39,128 nt of DNA from Phoronis australis (Eukaryota > Animalia > Phoronida). The DNA is taken from assembly GCA_002633005.1 (NCBI GenBank), contig NMRA01001142.1, positions 10,639-49,766 on the forward strand. The letters run 5' to 3'. The notes under the pieces are model-generated. The model ran no database searches, had not been told where the DNA came from, and saw only the letters and a list, made by a program, of their open reading frames with translations. The position numbers and the translations under genes are program-made. Position 1 is the first letter of the stretch, and each line of letters starts with the position of its first letter. Positions 13,314-25,418 of this stretch are shown here, piece after piece.

Positions 13314-13677
13314 AAACTTTCTACTTTCTACTTCAAAATTGATATCTGCTTGTTCTTAACTTACTTGAGAAGTGATTTCCGGATTCTAAACATTAACAGT
13401 AATTGTGATTGCTTGGGAGCTTGCTTGGCGTCAAATTTTCAGTTCTTTTTAAGCCCAAAAATCACCTCTAATTTGAGTAAGGAACAAACTGAGACCAATC
13501 AGTCCCACAGTGGGTAAATAGTCTCAATCAAATTTTACCTTGTCTGATGAACTTGAAGGTGAGTTTTTAGGAGATTTGATTATCATAGTTAGTAGCAGTT
13601 GTTTTGATAGTTATTGACTGATGTGTAATGCTGGTTGGATTGTCACCATCATTTAGCTCATTGCATTAATTTTTCAG

Positions 13678-13771
13678 GCCCAAAGAAGCCCAGAGCAGGC
13701 AAATGTAACAACTTCCACCAAATCTCGACAATCCGGCTCATATGAACATCTGCAAAATTTGGACTTTCGTG
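13678..13771 (+). CDS. TM-SH3 gene exon: linker with YEHL motif
   Basis: tttttcag| AQRSPEQANVTTSTKSRQSGSYEHLQNLDFR |GTAAC. Phases 0/1 consistent. Confidence 0.75.
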
Positions 13772-14033
13772 GTAACATGATATAGTGCAATATACAAGCT
13801 GTGTTTGTTGTCGTTTTTGTTTCCAAATATGATTTTCTCAATAATTTTTTTGTTTGGTAGTGATTGAAAAATAGCAGCAGATAGATTTCTAGTAATCAAG
13901 CTACTTCTTGTTGTTAAAGTTGACAAAGTTTGAATTGTATAAAAATTAAAAAATAGATAGTTCTGTAAACCTTCTGTCAACATCTGAGTTTTGGTTATGG
14001 TGACATCTGAACTGAACCATGTCCCCTTTACAG

Positions 14034-14221
14034 GCTCAAGATATTTCAAGGCTGTGTACTCCTACCAGAGCTCAGAGGATGGGGATCTGTGTTTCTTGGA
14101 AGGTGACATCATTGAAGCACTGGAAGGTGACCCTGAGGCCTGGGTCAAAGGTTACTTGGATCGTACCAAGATGGAGGGGTGGCTGCCTGGGAGTTATCTG
14201 GAACCAGTTGACTCCACACAG
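14034..14221 (+). CDS. TM-SH3 gene exon: SH3 domain 2
   Basis: YFKAVYSYQSSEDGDLCFLEGDIIEALEGDPEAWVKGYLDRTKMEGWLPGSYLEP. AG/GT boundaries, phases 1/0. Confidence 0.9.
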
Positions 14222-14588
14222 GTTTTACTTGACGAATGTCTACAATACATCAGTGTTGGGCTCAAATAATGTGTGTAGCCCAGAACCAACCTGTTTTTTT
14301 ATTTAAAACTTTTTTGGTCATGCAAGGTTGCTTGTTGTGGTGTTTCCAGCTTTTATTTGGATTGCCAATTTTTTCTAATTATAATATTGCTGTTTCTGTG
14401 CAATGATTTTATGTGGTTTTTCTGTGCAACGATTCTTTGGATTTGACCCTGTGTCTGCGCTTTCGTCTACTGGGCTATTTCGGACATGACCAGCAGGTGG
14501 CATAGAAGAGATTCATCATACTAATTACTTCTGCTACAAAATATCAGTGTGCTGATTTTGAATCATATTCGTCATTTTATTTATCTAG

Positions 14589-14676
14589 GACGATAAAACT
14601 GAGTATGCCAAACTATACGCACAGTTGAGGACATGTAACAGTGAAGCCACCGAAAACACAGCCACATTCGCTATTG
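14589..14676 (+). CDS. TM-SH3 gene exon: linker with TEYAKL / YAQL tyrosine motifs
   Basis: ttatctag| DDKTEYAKLYAQLRTCNSEATENTATFAI |GTAAG. Phases 0/1. Confidence 0.78.
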
Positions 14677-14895
14677 GTAAGATCTCTGATGCCTGCTTTG
14701 CCAACTAGGTCTAATAGCTGACTTCATACCATAATAAATACTACCACAAATCTGGCCTAGATGAAACTAGTTGCAAAATCTGTCATGCAATGCTTTCATG
14801 AATTGAGGGCATGAAATTGAACTCTGCTTGATCAAGTTTAAAATCAAATTTTGTTGCATATGACTGGCTGTACACATCTAAGGATTGTGAAACTG

Positions 14896-15143
14896 GGGCC
14901 CGTTCCAAGAAACTGACTTAAGTTCATTTTTGACTTAAGTCTGAGATTTGTCTTAACTTCTATACTTTGAAAATTCCACATCCGGTCAGATAGTTAAAAT
15001 TAGGATTGAACTTTTATCAAAAACGTAATTCAAACTTAGGATCTCTTGCTGAAAACAGTCTCGAGACAAATTTAAGTTTTATCTTAAAATTTACTAAAAT
15101 TTAAGATTTGTCTTAGCTAAGTCAGTTTTGTTGGAACGGGCCC
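14896..15143. mobile_element. PIF/Harbinger-type MITE in an intron
   Basis: TIR GGGCCCGTTCCAA(G/C)AAA(A)CTGACTTA at both ends. 3-bp TSD CTG (14893-14895, 15144-15146), the CWG type seen in animal Harbingers. Confidence 0.85.
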
Positions 15144-15297
15144 CTGGTCTACATTTCTATAAAGCACTTGTTATGCTTGTTTGCATGATTTATGCACAGG
15201 ATTGTGCCGAATTTGGAACACCAGAAGTCCTTTAGTATACTGTACTGTGATGACATTGTTGTGGTGGTTTGTATATATCAGCCATTGTCCCCCACAG

Positions 15298-15455
15298 AGC
15301 ATGTGGCGTTGTATGACTATGAGATCCAGGAAGAAGGTGACCTCTCATTTAAGTCTGGGGAAATAATTCTCGTTGTGGAAACCCTGGACAATGGCTGGTG
15401 GCTGGGCTGCATTGGTGCTGACAGGCATGGATGGTTTCCTGGAAATCTAGTGGAG
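15298..15455 (+). CDS. TM-SH3 gene exon: SH3 domain 3
   Basis: EHVALYDYEIQEEGDLSFKSGEIILVVETLDNGWWLGCIGADRHGWFPGNLVE, with canonical ALYDY, WW and GxFPxN. Phases 1/0. Confidence 0.93.
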
Positions 15456-15901
15456 GTGAAAATTATGATGACATTTTAAAATGTGACTTGTACACTGCAA
15501 TTGCTGCTTCCAATAACAGAGTAATCTGCTCAGTGTGTGCCTCATAAACTTGTAGAGCATAGGCAGATCCAGGATGGGAGGTCCAGACCCCATTTTCCCT
15601 TGAATTTAGTGATATCAAATCTGGAATTTTCAAATTGTTGACTTGAGTCTCCCTTTTTAAAAAAACCTTGATTCGATCCCCCTTTTAAAAAATCTGGATT
15701 TACCACCACGATATTTGACAATGAAATACTTTCAAGCTGCAATTGCCTGACAATCAGAAGACTACGGCTAGTAGCTTTTACCAATTTAATTGTTTTCAAT
15801 ATTTTGCTTGCTCTTGAGTACCAGCCCTGGGAATTCTAATATCAACTCTTATTTGCCCACATTGACCTGTGCTACAACTGTTATTGTGTGCACCATTGCA
15901 G

Positions 15902-15989
15902 CTAGTGGACGATATCCCCACAGAGCATGCGCCATCACCATACTTGTCATTGATAGCCAGCAGTGACTCGCAATCTCCTGGAGATAATG
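15902..15989 (+). CDS. TM-SH3 gene exon: linker with ITIM-consensus SPYLSL
   Basis: ccattgcag| LVDDIPTEHAPSPYLSLIASSDSQSPGDN |GTAAAT. Phases 0/1. Confidence 0.75.
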
Positions 15990-16445
15990 GTAAATACGGA
16001 TGAATCACTAAAAAGTCAATTATAGTCCTAGCTCATAGGAAAACCACAAGAAAACTACAGATTTCCTACAATTGTAGCAGGAGTGCTTCCATTGCGGTCT
16101 CTTGAGTGAACGACATTTATAAAAAGAGATCAGTTCTGTCACCTCTGGTCAACTTTAACGTTGCTACAATTCTTGAACCTTTTCTCAAAGTCTACAAAAT
16201 TAATGAATGTCGATCTGTACTACTTTTTCCCAGGGTTTTAATTGTAATTTTAGATTTGAAAAGGTGTGTCTGCTGACAAGTCCTTTACAACTTGTCCTAA
16301 AACAATACAATTTTTGAGTTAAGTTTTGAGTAAAGAGGTTAGAATCTGGACTCTGATCTTAAGTTTTCAGATAGTGTAATAGCTGTTGATATCTTTTATA
16401 CTCAAATCATTTCAATTATTGTCAAGCTTGAAAATATGTTTTCAG

Positions 16446-18184
16446 ATTACATTGAACCCATATCTCTAGAAACCAACACTTCATCCGCACCAGTACCAGT
16501 TGTAACTGAATCAGTTGAACCAGTTGTCCCACGCCCCCTCAGACCAGCACCATCAGTTCCATCCTCTATCTCTCAGCAGCCGAAGACCTCGTCACCATCC
16601 ACTTCAAGTGTGCCTAGTGGGATTGTTGCAAGTGACTCATGTCCTACAGGCAATGCTGGTGGTGACAGCGGAACAAACATTTCTCTTAGGGAGGTCCCAG
16701 TGCCACCTGGGGTTGAAAAACAAACCGATTCGAGTTCCAGCCATGATGAAAGTACTTCAAAAAATCATGGAAAATGTGATATAACTGAAAGATCGCATTC
16801 CAGTGGTCATGATGAACAGAAAAGTAAACGTGGGCAGGTGCCATACTGGAGTGACAATCATAGTAAACCAGAAAAATTCCACCAATTTGAAACAGGTCAT
16901 CAATCTGTGGCTCCTTCTAGTGAAGATCATGTCAGGACTCCACCACCCAGATATCCACCACCTCGCCTGCCTCCTGGTGCTAAATCAGACAAAATACCTG
17001 AGCATACAGTCAATGCAGATAATGCTGACCAGCCTAAACGCAGGTGGTTTAACTTGAGAGATGCAGCTGGAAAATTAATTCAGCGTCTACGAAGCACATC
17101 AGAATTGGAAGCACCCACTAGTCCAGGTGACAGTGGTGGCAGTCCATTGGAATCACCTGCTAGTTCTAGTGTAGTTAAGGAAATATCTGGTCCTGAGCTG
17201 ATGGAAACTACCTTCAGAGTTAGTAACTTAGTGAAGCGAGCGCCCAAAAGGCCAACTTCTCCTCCAAAGAGGCGACTAAATGCTCATTTTGTTACTGTTC
17301 CCAGTTCATCCAATGTGATGAAGGGTGTCAAACGTGCACCTCAGAGACCCCCTCCTCCCAAACGCCCTGCACTTCCATTGAAATCCAATATTAAACCAAA
17401 GCGGCCATCAAAACCCCCAAGCAGGATCCCTCCTAAGAGGCCTTCCTCGCCTCCATCAAGAGCTGTTCCAGCACCACTGGTGATGCACAAACAACATAAT
17501 GACAATTTGGTATTAAAAGGGCTTCAAAATGAAAGAAATGAAAATCAGAAACATGGTCAGCCTCTGATTAAACCACGTCCGCCTTACAAGATGAAAAATC
17601 CTGAAAAATTGATACCGGCTGGCGACAATGACAAACTGGTAGCTGCACCATTTGGAGTCGCTCTTCGTCATGTTTCTGTGGGTGGAAAAGAGGATACGAG
17701 TAACAAATCACCTGAAGGTGGTGTCATTACCATGGCAACTGAGAGTGACCAGGGCAAGTTGAAATTTAACCAGGTTTTAGATAATGTTCATAATAAGGAA
17801 AAGGAGATCCTGAGAAACAGCGGTGTTACAGTGGCCGAAGATTTTTCCAATCTTAAAGAGCATCCTCTCGTTGGGAAGGTTGCAATTCACACTAACAGTC
17901 ATACTGGCAAGGCAAAACCACCACTTAATGCTAAGCCAGTAATCTCGCCGAAACCTAAGACTATGCCAAAACCAATACCTGCTAGTGAGACCCTCAACTC
18001 ATCAAATACTCCTGAACCCAAGCCAAGACTCGCCACTAATCCTGTGACTGCCCTTCCCCATCCAAAACCAAGAGTGGGTGTACCACGCAAGGTTGTGTTG
18101 CGGAAAGCCATCAGGTCGTATCATTCTGCAGATACTGAGGAGTTGTCATTTGAAGCAGGAAGCTTTATTAAGGATATACGAGAA
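16446..18184 (+). CDS. TM-SH3 gene exon: ~580-aa Pro-rich disordered region plus first half of SH3 domain 4
   Basis: Long ORF with many PxxP/RxxPxxP motifs, ending LRKAIRSYHSADTEELSFEAGSFIKDIRE |GTAAGT. Acceptor tttcag at 16445. Confidence 0.9.
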
Positions 18185-19441
18185 GTAAGTCTGATACAAT
18201 GAATCACTGATCTTAGTGTCTTCTATGATACAAAACACAAGTTTGGAGTTGGATGCATTGGTTAAATGAGGAAGCTGAGATGCATACTTTTAGACCTTTG
18301 TATGGATAGCACCAAACTTCATATACACAAGGAATTGTGGGATAGCAGTCATCCAAAGCATCATGGCTAGTAGTATGTAAGCAAACAATCTGTAGAAGTC
18401 ATTCTTTGTTTAGTAGTACTTCAAGTGGGCATGAATGTTCAGTTTGTCATAGATGCATGCATAGAGGTATCATCTAAATCAAGTACCAGCTTACCGAGTA
18501 GACATTCACCTTTTTGTGACTTTGTGCATTGGATGACTGGTATCCCACGTTAAATCTGTGCTGTGGGATGCACATTGATTTTTGCTATTTGTAAAAAGGT
18601 TGGTGGTGCTATGAGTGCAGTTTTTATCTTGAGCATGCAGTGAAGCGTAAGAATTAGGTTTACAAAAGTTTTCTAACTTGCAGCTTCTAGATTTCACTTT
18701 GGCATCTCTGCTTATTGTGTTCATCTTGGGATCAAGCTCATCACAGTCTGCACCACTTTAACGTACTTCTTGTTGTAATGATGTCCTTTAAATCTAAATC
18801 ACAACTGAAGCCTTCCAGTTACCCCTGGTTATCCACATTCTCTCAGGCCCAGCTTCTGTTGAGAGTTAGTGACGCATATAATTAGCTTATAAGCCATGCT
18901 TGGAACTAATTTCCAATGAATAGCTCAAACTTTGGGTTTTTGTTGATAATATCATTTGTTCCATTTTTGAAAACTCAAAAACCCACAGTCTAATTTTTAC
19001 CACTGTATTTAGCTTTCATCATTCACACTGCTTTTCATGCCCCAAAAGAAAATGGAAAAGTACAGCCTGGATGCTTTCAAGCAACAGTTATTGCCATACA
19101 TGACCTAAGGAATAGAGTCATTCCTTCAATGACCAGCCCACTAGTGAGAAGGTTAACGTAGATAAAACCAGATGGGCTCACCAGGTGACATCGGAGGAAA
19201 ACAAATGATTTCACCCAATCAATCCTTATGCTTACAGCATGTATATTTGAGTAAAGCTTTGTAGATTCACAAGTGCATCGCCATCATGAGCAATTTTTGT
19301 CTTTGTTTACCTTACCATCAGTGACTTGTAGTTGTCTTGGAATTATGTTCATTTTCTTACAGGTGGACACCTTAATACTCAAGATGACCGAAACTGCTCT
19401 GTAGCACTGTTGTGACTATATCTTTGTTGTGTCTTATCCAG

Positions 19442-19552
19442 GTTCCGGGGCAGTATGGTTGGCGGTATGGTATGCTGGCTGATGGGACGACAGGGAAGTA
19501 CCAAGAGGAATGTGTGGAATTAGCTGTGCCTGTGAAAAGTGCCATGATCTGA
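19442..19552 (+). CDS. TM-SH3 gene terminal exon: second half of atypical SH3 domain 4 and stop
   Basis: cttatccag| VPGQYGWRYGMLADGTTGKYQEECVELAVPVKSAMI*. Completes the SH3 fold in phase 0. Confidence 0.8.
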   Translation, partial: VPGQYGWRYGMLADGTTGKYQEECVELAVPVKSAMI

Positions 19553-22099
19553 CGTGCTTGATGCAACCGGCATCTTATCCCGAATGGCAACAAGAATGTG
19601 ATAGTGAACACTTAAATAATTATACACAACATAATACACACAAATATTTTGGTTTGAAGATGAATCATCTTCAGTACTGAAAGACAATCATAGGAGACAC
19701 GGATATTAGAGTGTACACAGTTAACAACAGTCATGTCAATCAGACTACAGCTCTGGCCTCAGACTCCTGCCATACAGTGATTTACGTGGATTTTCCTTTT
19801 TATCTCTCTCTTCCTTATCTCTCTCTTCCTTATCTGTTGTTGGTCTTATAGACTTCTAATATCTGGTGTTTGTTATGACTCTGCCTGTCAGCACTTATCA
19901 TGGTTTACATTCTAACCAAACCGTTCATCATCACCTTCCTGATGGGTGTGGCTGTTTGAATAGTGTTTAACTGAATGCAATATAAAATAAAGCATGTGCG
20001 TTAACATTTTCTGATACTGTATTTTAGAAATCTCAAAATTGGTCGAAGACAGGGCATTCTTGTTCTCTGTTGACAGTTTAAGAGACATTATTAGCGAGAA
20101 AAGTGATTTTCTGAGATCAGCCTTGGCATGGAATGGAACTTGCAATCACAGCTTTTGCAGTCTTGTACTCTGCTGACAGAGCTAAACCCCACACTATAAA
20201 TGACAGAGTATTTTAAGTGTAGTCGATTGGCCATCATTTCAGCGAATGTCTGGCAGACAACACCAAGAATTTGCAATTTGTAATGTAATCACAAAAACAA
20301 AATATTTTATTACATAGCTCTGATCTATACTAATAACTTCAAGAATAATAAAAGAAGTCTATCCCATCCAACAATTATCTGAAAAATGTGTGTACTTGAC
20401 ACATGTATTTTCTCACCTTCAGTCCAGCCTCAACGTGTAAGAATCATTTTCTACAGTATATTTGATCAGTTATATGTGTCTAGTTGAGGTTGTTCTTTGA
20501 TGGTTGACATGTACCAGTAATTAATTTTGTAGTAGTGTGCATTGAATTTTTTTGAAAACTGGCATCACTTCTGTGTCATCGCTCAACCAATTTTACGAGA
20601 GAGGCTGCTGCCAGACTATCTATATATACATGTAATAGTCTAAAACATAGCTTTGTGGATTTATTTTTAATTTAAAACACAACAGTTACTGTTAGAGAAT
20701 TGTTGCATGACTTGTATTTGATTTTTTTCAAAGGTCAATTGAAAAACGTGACCTGTGGAGTCTGTAATAGAATCTCAGAACAAATTGGCCCATGCAATGT
20801 AGTTTTGTCACTAGACTCCTGGTATGCACTTGTATTTAGTATCTTGCAGACTCTTGTCATCTGTTCAGAAGTATTTTTCGATGACCCACGGATCTTGGTT
20901 GTTGCAAGGGGGCCCAATCACGATTTCTGAATGAAATGTTCCCGTATAACTCTTGAAAACAGGGCACCAGTAAGAAGTACATGTAGTGAAATTCCCCAAA
21001 GTGGTCTGGTCTCATCCCTGTGGGTTTGCTGAGGCTTCTTCTATTGGACATTTTCGGTGTGCTCATGAAATGTGCCTAGTAAAATTTAGATGAGTCTCTT
21101 GCTTAATAACTAAATAGTCCTCTTCTGTCGACTATTAGGATTTTTGCATAATATTTGTATTATTTTTAAATTGTTACTGCTACTAGTCGATTGAGCTGGT
21201 GTTACCTTTGTGTCTATTGGCTTTGTATGACTTACTGTTAGTTATTATTAAACAGGTTACAGTCAGTTATTATGAGATTGTTAAATATGCTGTTACATCC
21301 TTTTTCTTTGATGCAGTTCATCGTTCCATCTGTTTTATTAACTATAGTGTTTTTGACTTTTTAAACTCGAGCGCCTATTTTTACTCAGGCGTTGAAAATG
21401 CTCCAAGAACAATTGTCTTACATTCCATCAGCCTTCTTGCATAACTTCATATATTTTGAATTGAGCAATTTGTATACTTATGGAATTGTTTGATAATTAA
21501 TATCAAATATGAAAGTGATTTTTGTTGTTTTCACTTCTGACTTTCCTAATTTTACCCTACAGACCAAGTGGTGGTGTTTTTACGAAGTTATTTCAGCTGC
21601 AGCGACCTTGTGTTATTCTTGCAGTTTGTAGTTGGTTATTTTTACCTTGAGCTTGTCACTGTATTTGTAACTTGACTACTGTTCATCCGTGCGCTGGTTG
21701 CGTGTCCGCACATGGAGTCTCGGTTAAGCCAAGTTCAGAACAAATTCAAGACTAAAGCCCGGTGCTGCGTTCCGTGCAGAAAATATCTTGCGAGATCATG
21801 GTAGCCGGTTGCGAATTTGAGACCAGTTCCAAGCAGGTGAGAAATGCGCTGTGTGATTGTCGTAAAAACATGAATCTAGTGTTATCAGTGGCATATTGTG
21901 AATGTGGTCTGCCAATTTTGTTTGGCCAACATGCACGTATAAATCAAATGTAAAGAACAGGAATCGACGGCATCTTTCCCGCGAAACTAGAAAACAACTT
22001 ACTAAACATAATTCACTGGACTTGTTAAATCAACTATTTCATACAAATTAATGCGTCCTTCTTATGCAACTCTATTGCGCATTCAATGGTTTTCATGGT

Positions 22100-22745
22100 C
22101 GTAGATTTACTACAGACGCGACTTGTACCCGAACAGGAGACCCCTATTTATGGACGTGCTGCGCGCACGCATGGATGCCCTAGGGTTCCGGACCGGATTC
22201 AATCTCCAAACTCAAGACTCGAACTTTTAAGAGATTTTAAAAGATTTTCGTCTTTTCAAATTCATTTTCGTTGTATTTTAGACTATGCATGCGCTCTACA
22301 CGTACCAAAAAAGGGAAAAGGGGGAGCGTAGCATGCGCAGGCACGGGATGCAAAACAGTGAATTGGTGGTGAAGGAGTAGCCTAAGATAACCACCTTCTT
22401 ATAAGGGGCGTGCGGAAAAACGCTTGTGAAGAGGAGTAACGCTGTTTTTTTTTTCGATCATCATTTTTCGGGAATACATGGGTCTACATTTTCTTTTTTT
22501 TGGCATTGGAAATGTTGCCTTGACCGACGAAGTTAACTGGCTCTGATGCTTTAAAGGAAGAATGAGATACTCGTCAGGGTCCTGGCACCACGGCTCTACG
22601 TTTACGTTGTCTGTGACTTTATTAGATAAATCTGCATGTGCACGTATACCTTTCAGATGTTTTGTTATCGTCATTGTTTTGCTAGTGTGTTTAACTGTCT
22701 GTGTTCAAGTGGAGGCTGATTCGCGATTCTAGCTCTTGGTCTACA
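22100..22745 (+). mobile_element. Possible decayed 3' end of an LTR retrotransposon (PPT followed by an LTR-like region)
   Basis: Polypurine run AAAAAAGGGAAAAGGGGGAG (22307-22326) followed by CGTAGC (TGTAG-like), a TATAA box and ..CTACA. Upstream is an Arg/Pro-rich tail resembling an integrase C-terminus. No second LTR seen. Confidence 0.3.
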
Positions 22746-23182
22746 TCAGGCGTATGTAGGTGTTGAAGTTGGCACTATAGGGCTCCTTAGAAGGCCCATT
22801 GAACATCGCACGAGTCCCGCAAGACTTTGTTGTGAAAATACAGCCTCCCCGCAATTTCTGGTACTGTACACTGTTCGCGAATGCGGTCACTTTGTTAATG
22901 TGAGTGCCCCCTTGGTCATTCCTTGTATAGACATAACTTGTTAGAGTGCCATGATCTTCAAACAGACTCGCGACCAGACCACGGCGCCCGCCACANTTCG
23001 AGTTACAAACGTGTGGGGTGTAATAGGATGACACGGCATGACAGATGAGGTAAAAACGTTGCCCGTCAATTCGCCTGAATATCAGGGTTGCGGCACCACA
23101 GTATTTCCCCTAATCAAATCAAAACATATCTTAGAGTAAAGAAACTAGTTACCTAAAGAAATCAGCTATAGCGCTGCTCTTT

Positions 23183-23503
23183 CAGCGGTGGATCCATCTA
23201 AAATGCTTAGCTACTTCAGAAGTGTCGTCGGAAGCGCGCGCACAATTGATCTCCGGGGTTTTGCCGGTGAGCCACGAAGACTCGAAACGCGTTGATTTTC
23301 ATTACAGCAATTCACAATGCAAAAAATATATTTTCAGAGTGAACCTCCCCCCTCATTTTTTCCAAGTTGGTTTACTCGGGGTTTACACACTCTGGCGGTG
23401 CCGTTTTTGTTATTCTAGAGACGTTTTTGTTTTTTTTTAATTTTTGGGTCCTGGCCCGAGGGGGGGTTTAAACCCCCTGAACCCCCCCGTAGATCCGCCA
23501 CTG
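23183..23503. mobile_element. MITE with CAGTGGCGGATC-type termini
   Basis: Left CAGCGGTGGATCCA versus revcomp of the right end CAGTGGCGGATCTA. G/C-run hairpin inside the right end. Related ends near 3458 and 15558. TSD not evident. Confidence 0.6.
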
Positions 23504-23559
23504 GTTACTTTGTCACCATGGCGCAGATTTCATCAACGTGCAATTCGCTGTCAGTTTCG

Positions 23560-23900
23560 CTACCATTGGGCGGAACGGTGCTTAGAGCGTTTGCAATTTC
23601 AAATTGGCGCGGAGGTGATTCAAAGCATACATTTTACGCGTGTTTGTCACAGATCATTCCAGCAGTATGTGATGATGCACGTGATTGAATGACTTGTGTG
23701 GCTCGTCTTCGATAAACTAAGTTAGGTTCGCTTGATTTCAGTCCTGGGCACTCGGAACCTACTTTTTCTTCGCTCTTGCTACTTTTAACAATTTGTTCAA
23801 TGTTTTGGTCTTCTTTGAACGCTTTCAGCCTGCTGTTCTCGGAACCATACTTTTTCGTCTTCGACATGTTTCCTGTCATATTGGGAATAAAATTGCTGAT
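23560..23900 (-). pseudogene. Degraded non-LTR retrotransposon reverse-transcriptase fragment
   Basis: Minus-strand pieces ..AFKEDQNIEQIV.. and ..FIEDEPHKSFNHVHHHILLE resemble the RT motifs QAGFR..ST.EQI and FID..KAFD.V.H..L, in different frames. Confidence 0.4.
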
Positions 23901-25418
23901 TTCCAGCATGACAAAATTTTAAGTTGTTTTCCACTATTTTTCAAATTTAATCTATCTCTTATGTTCTTGAACATTTGTTTGTAAAACTAATTGCCTACTT
24001 CTACCCGGTGTGTTTTTGTAGTTCAAGTACAAGAAATTCTTGACATGATGGAACAAACTTAACGGCCGTAGATATTCATATCTAAAAATGGTGTCTATGG
24101 AACAAACCTTGGCAGACACAGGTTACTGTAACATGCAATCACATACTCGACTGTATATTTAGGTCATGTTGTGAATCAGCACAACATGTATGCCTGTTAG
24201 TGATTTTTACTTTATTTTTTATATTGCGTTATCTACTTTTGTTATTCATGCAGTTTCTATTCAGTTCATATCTTTATATGTTAGTGTTTTCATTTATGTT
24301 TTCTTAATTCTTTTGCGGACGTTTTGTGCTATGCTTGTGTCTCACTTGTGTGTTTATTTGTTTTCATTTGTCTTGTATTTTTTCTTGTATTTCCTGTACT
24401 TTTTTGAAGCTTAATAAAAGCAAAAACTACTAAGAGCACTTTACGCGCTTGAAACCTAGCCTTATCGTTTTGTCTGTCGGTTATAAGGAAGACTTGAGAT
24501 ACGAAGGAAGTACCTATGAAACATATCAGATCAAAACAGAGTACTATTTACTGTATACACAAACCACTGAAACGCACACGATGTTCTCTTCGTTCTGGAT
24601 CAGTGAGTAGCAAACGATTAGAGATAATTTATATAAATTGACGGAAATTTTCACAATTGAAGACGAAAATAGATAGTTCCCGTCCGTCTGTTCGTCGCCG
24701 TCCATGTCCGCCAGAGTGTTGGTTTCATCAGTTTTGGTAAGTTTTGAATGAAAATTTTGAACTATTGAAGTATCAATATGCCGATAGTTTCATGAGAATG
24801 GTAATGCATACAAAAATAAATCATTTTGTTTCCAATCCTATTGCTTGTCCTTGATTTTGTGGCCTAGATTTTTCTTGACACTCTGCTCCCAGCCGAGTAA
24901 GTCGAGTTCACCACACACTTGACGCGTAACCCTTTCGCTAAATAACTATTTGTATTTACAGAACGAGGCACGCCTGAGATGTTAGTTTCAATTGGAACAC
25001 AAGTTTGCCTATGTTTTACAAATCAGAAATCTTACCTTTGCCTTTGGCTGTGATACAGTCAGTGTGCCAGTTCCACTCCAGACCAATCATATAGATAGTG
25101 ACCGTGACGTGACCACCGTCTAGGGCTACGACCTTAGTCAGAGACGATGAAGCTCCTATCGGTGCTTCATAAGCATTGGAAGCTTTTCGGAAAATACACA
25201 CTGATTCAAATATCAATGTCATGTTATTAACCTTAGAAACCGTCGGTGTCTTTAATTCCTTCTAAGAATCTAAGTTGAGCAAATACTCCTGAAAAATCAA
25301 ACTTTTTAAACCTTCGTTAAGTTGCCCAAATCAGCAACGCCTAAGGCCAGGAGAGACTGTGGTCAATGTCTATAGTGAGACTAGTAATAATAATTACTCT
25401 CTGTACAAATGTTTGTAA

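Noticed and set aside
22399-23034. Minus-strand ORFs as endogenous viral capsid fragments
   Set aside because: No recognisable motif, the ORFs are short, and one spans an N.
24000-24420. CR1/L2-like LINE 3' tail (WNKL, T-rich UTR, AATAAA) and hydrophobic ORF 24190..24414
   Set aside because: Too degraded to call. The hydrophobicity simply reflects T-rich DNA.
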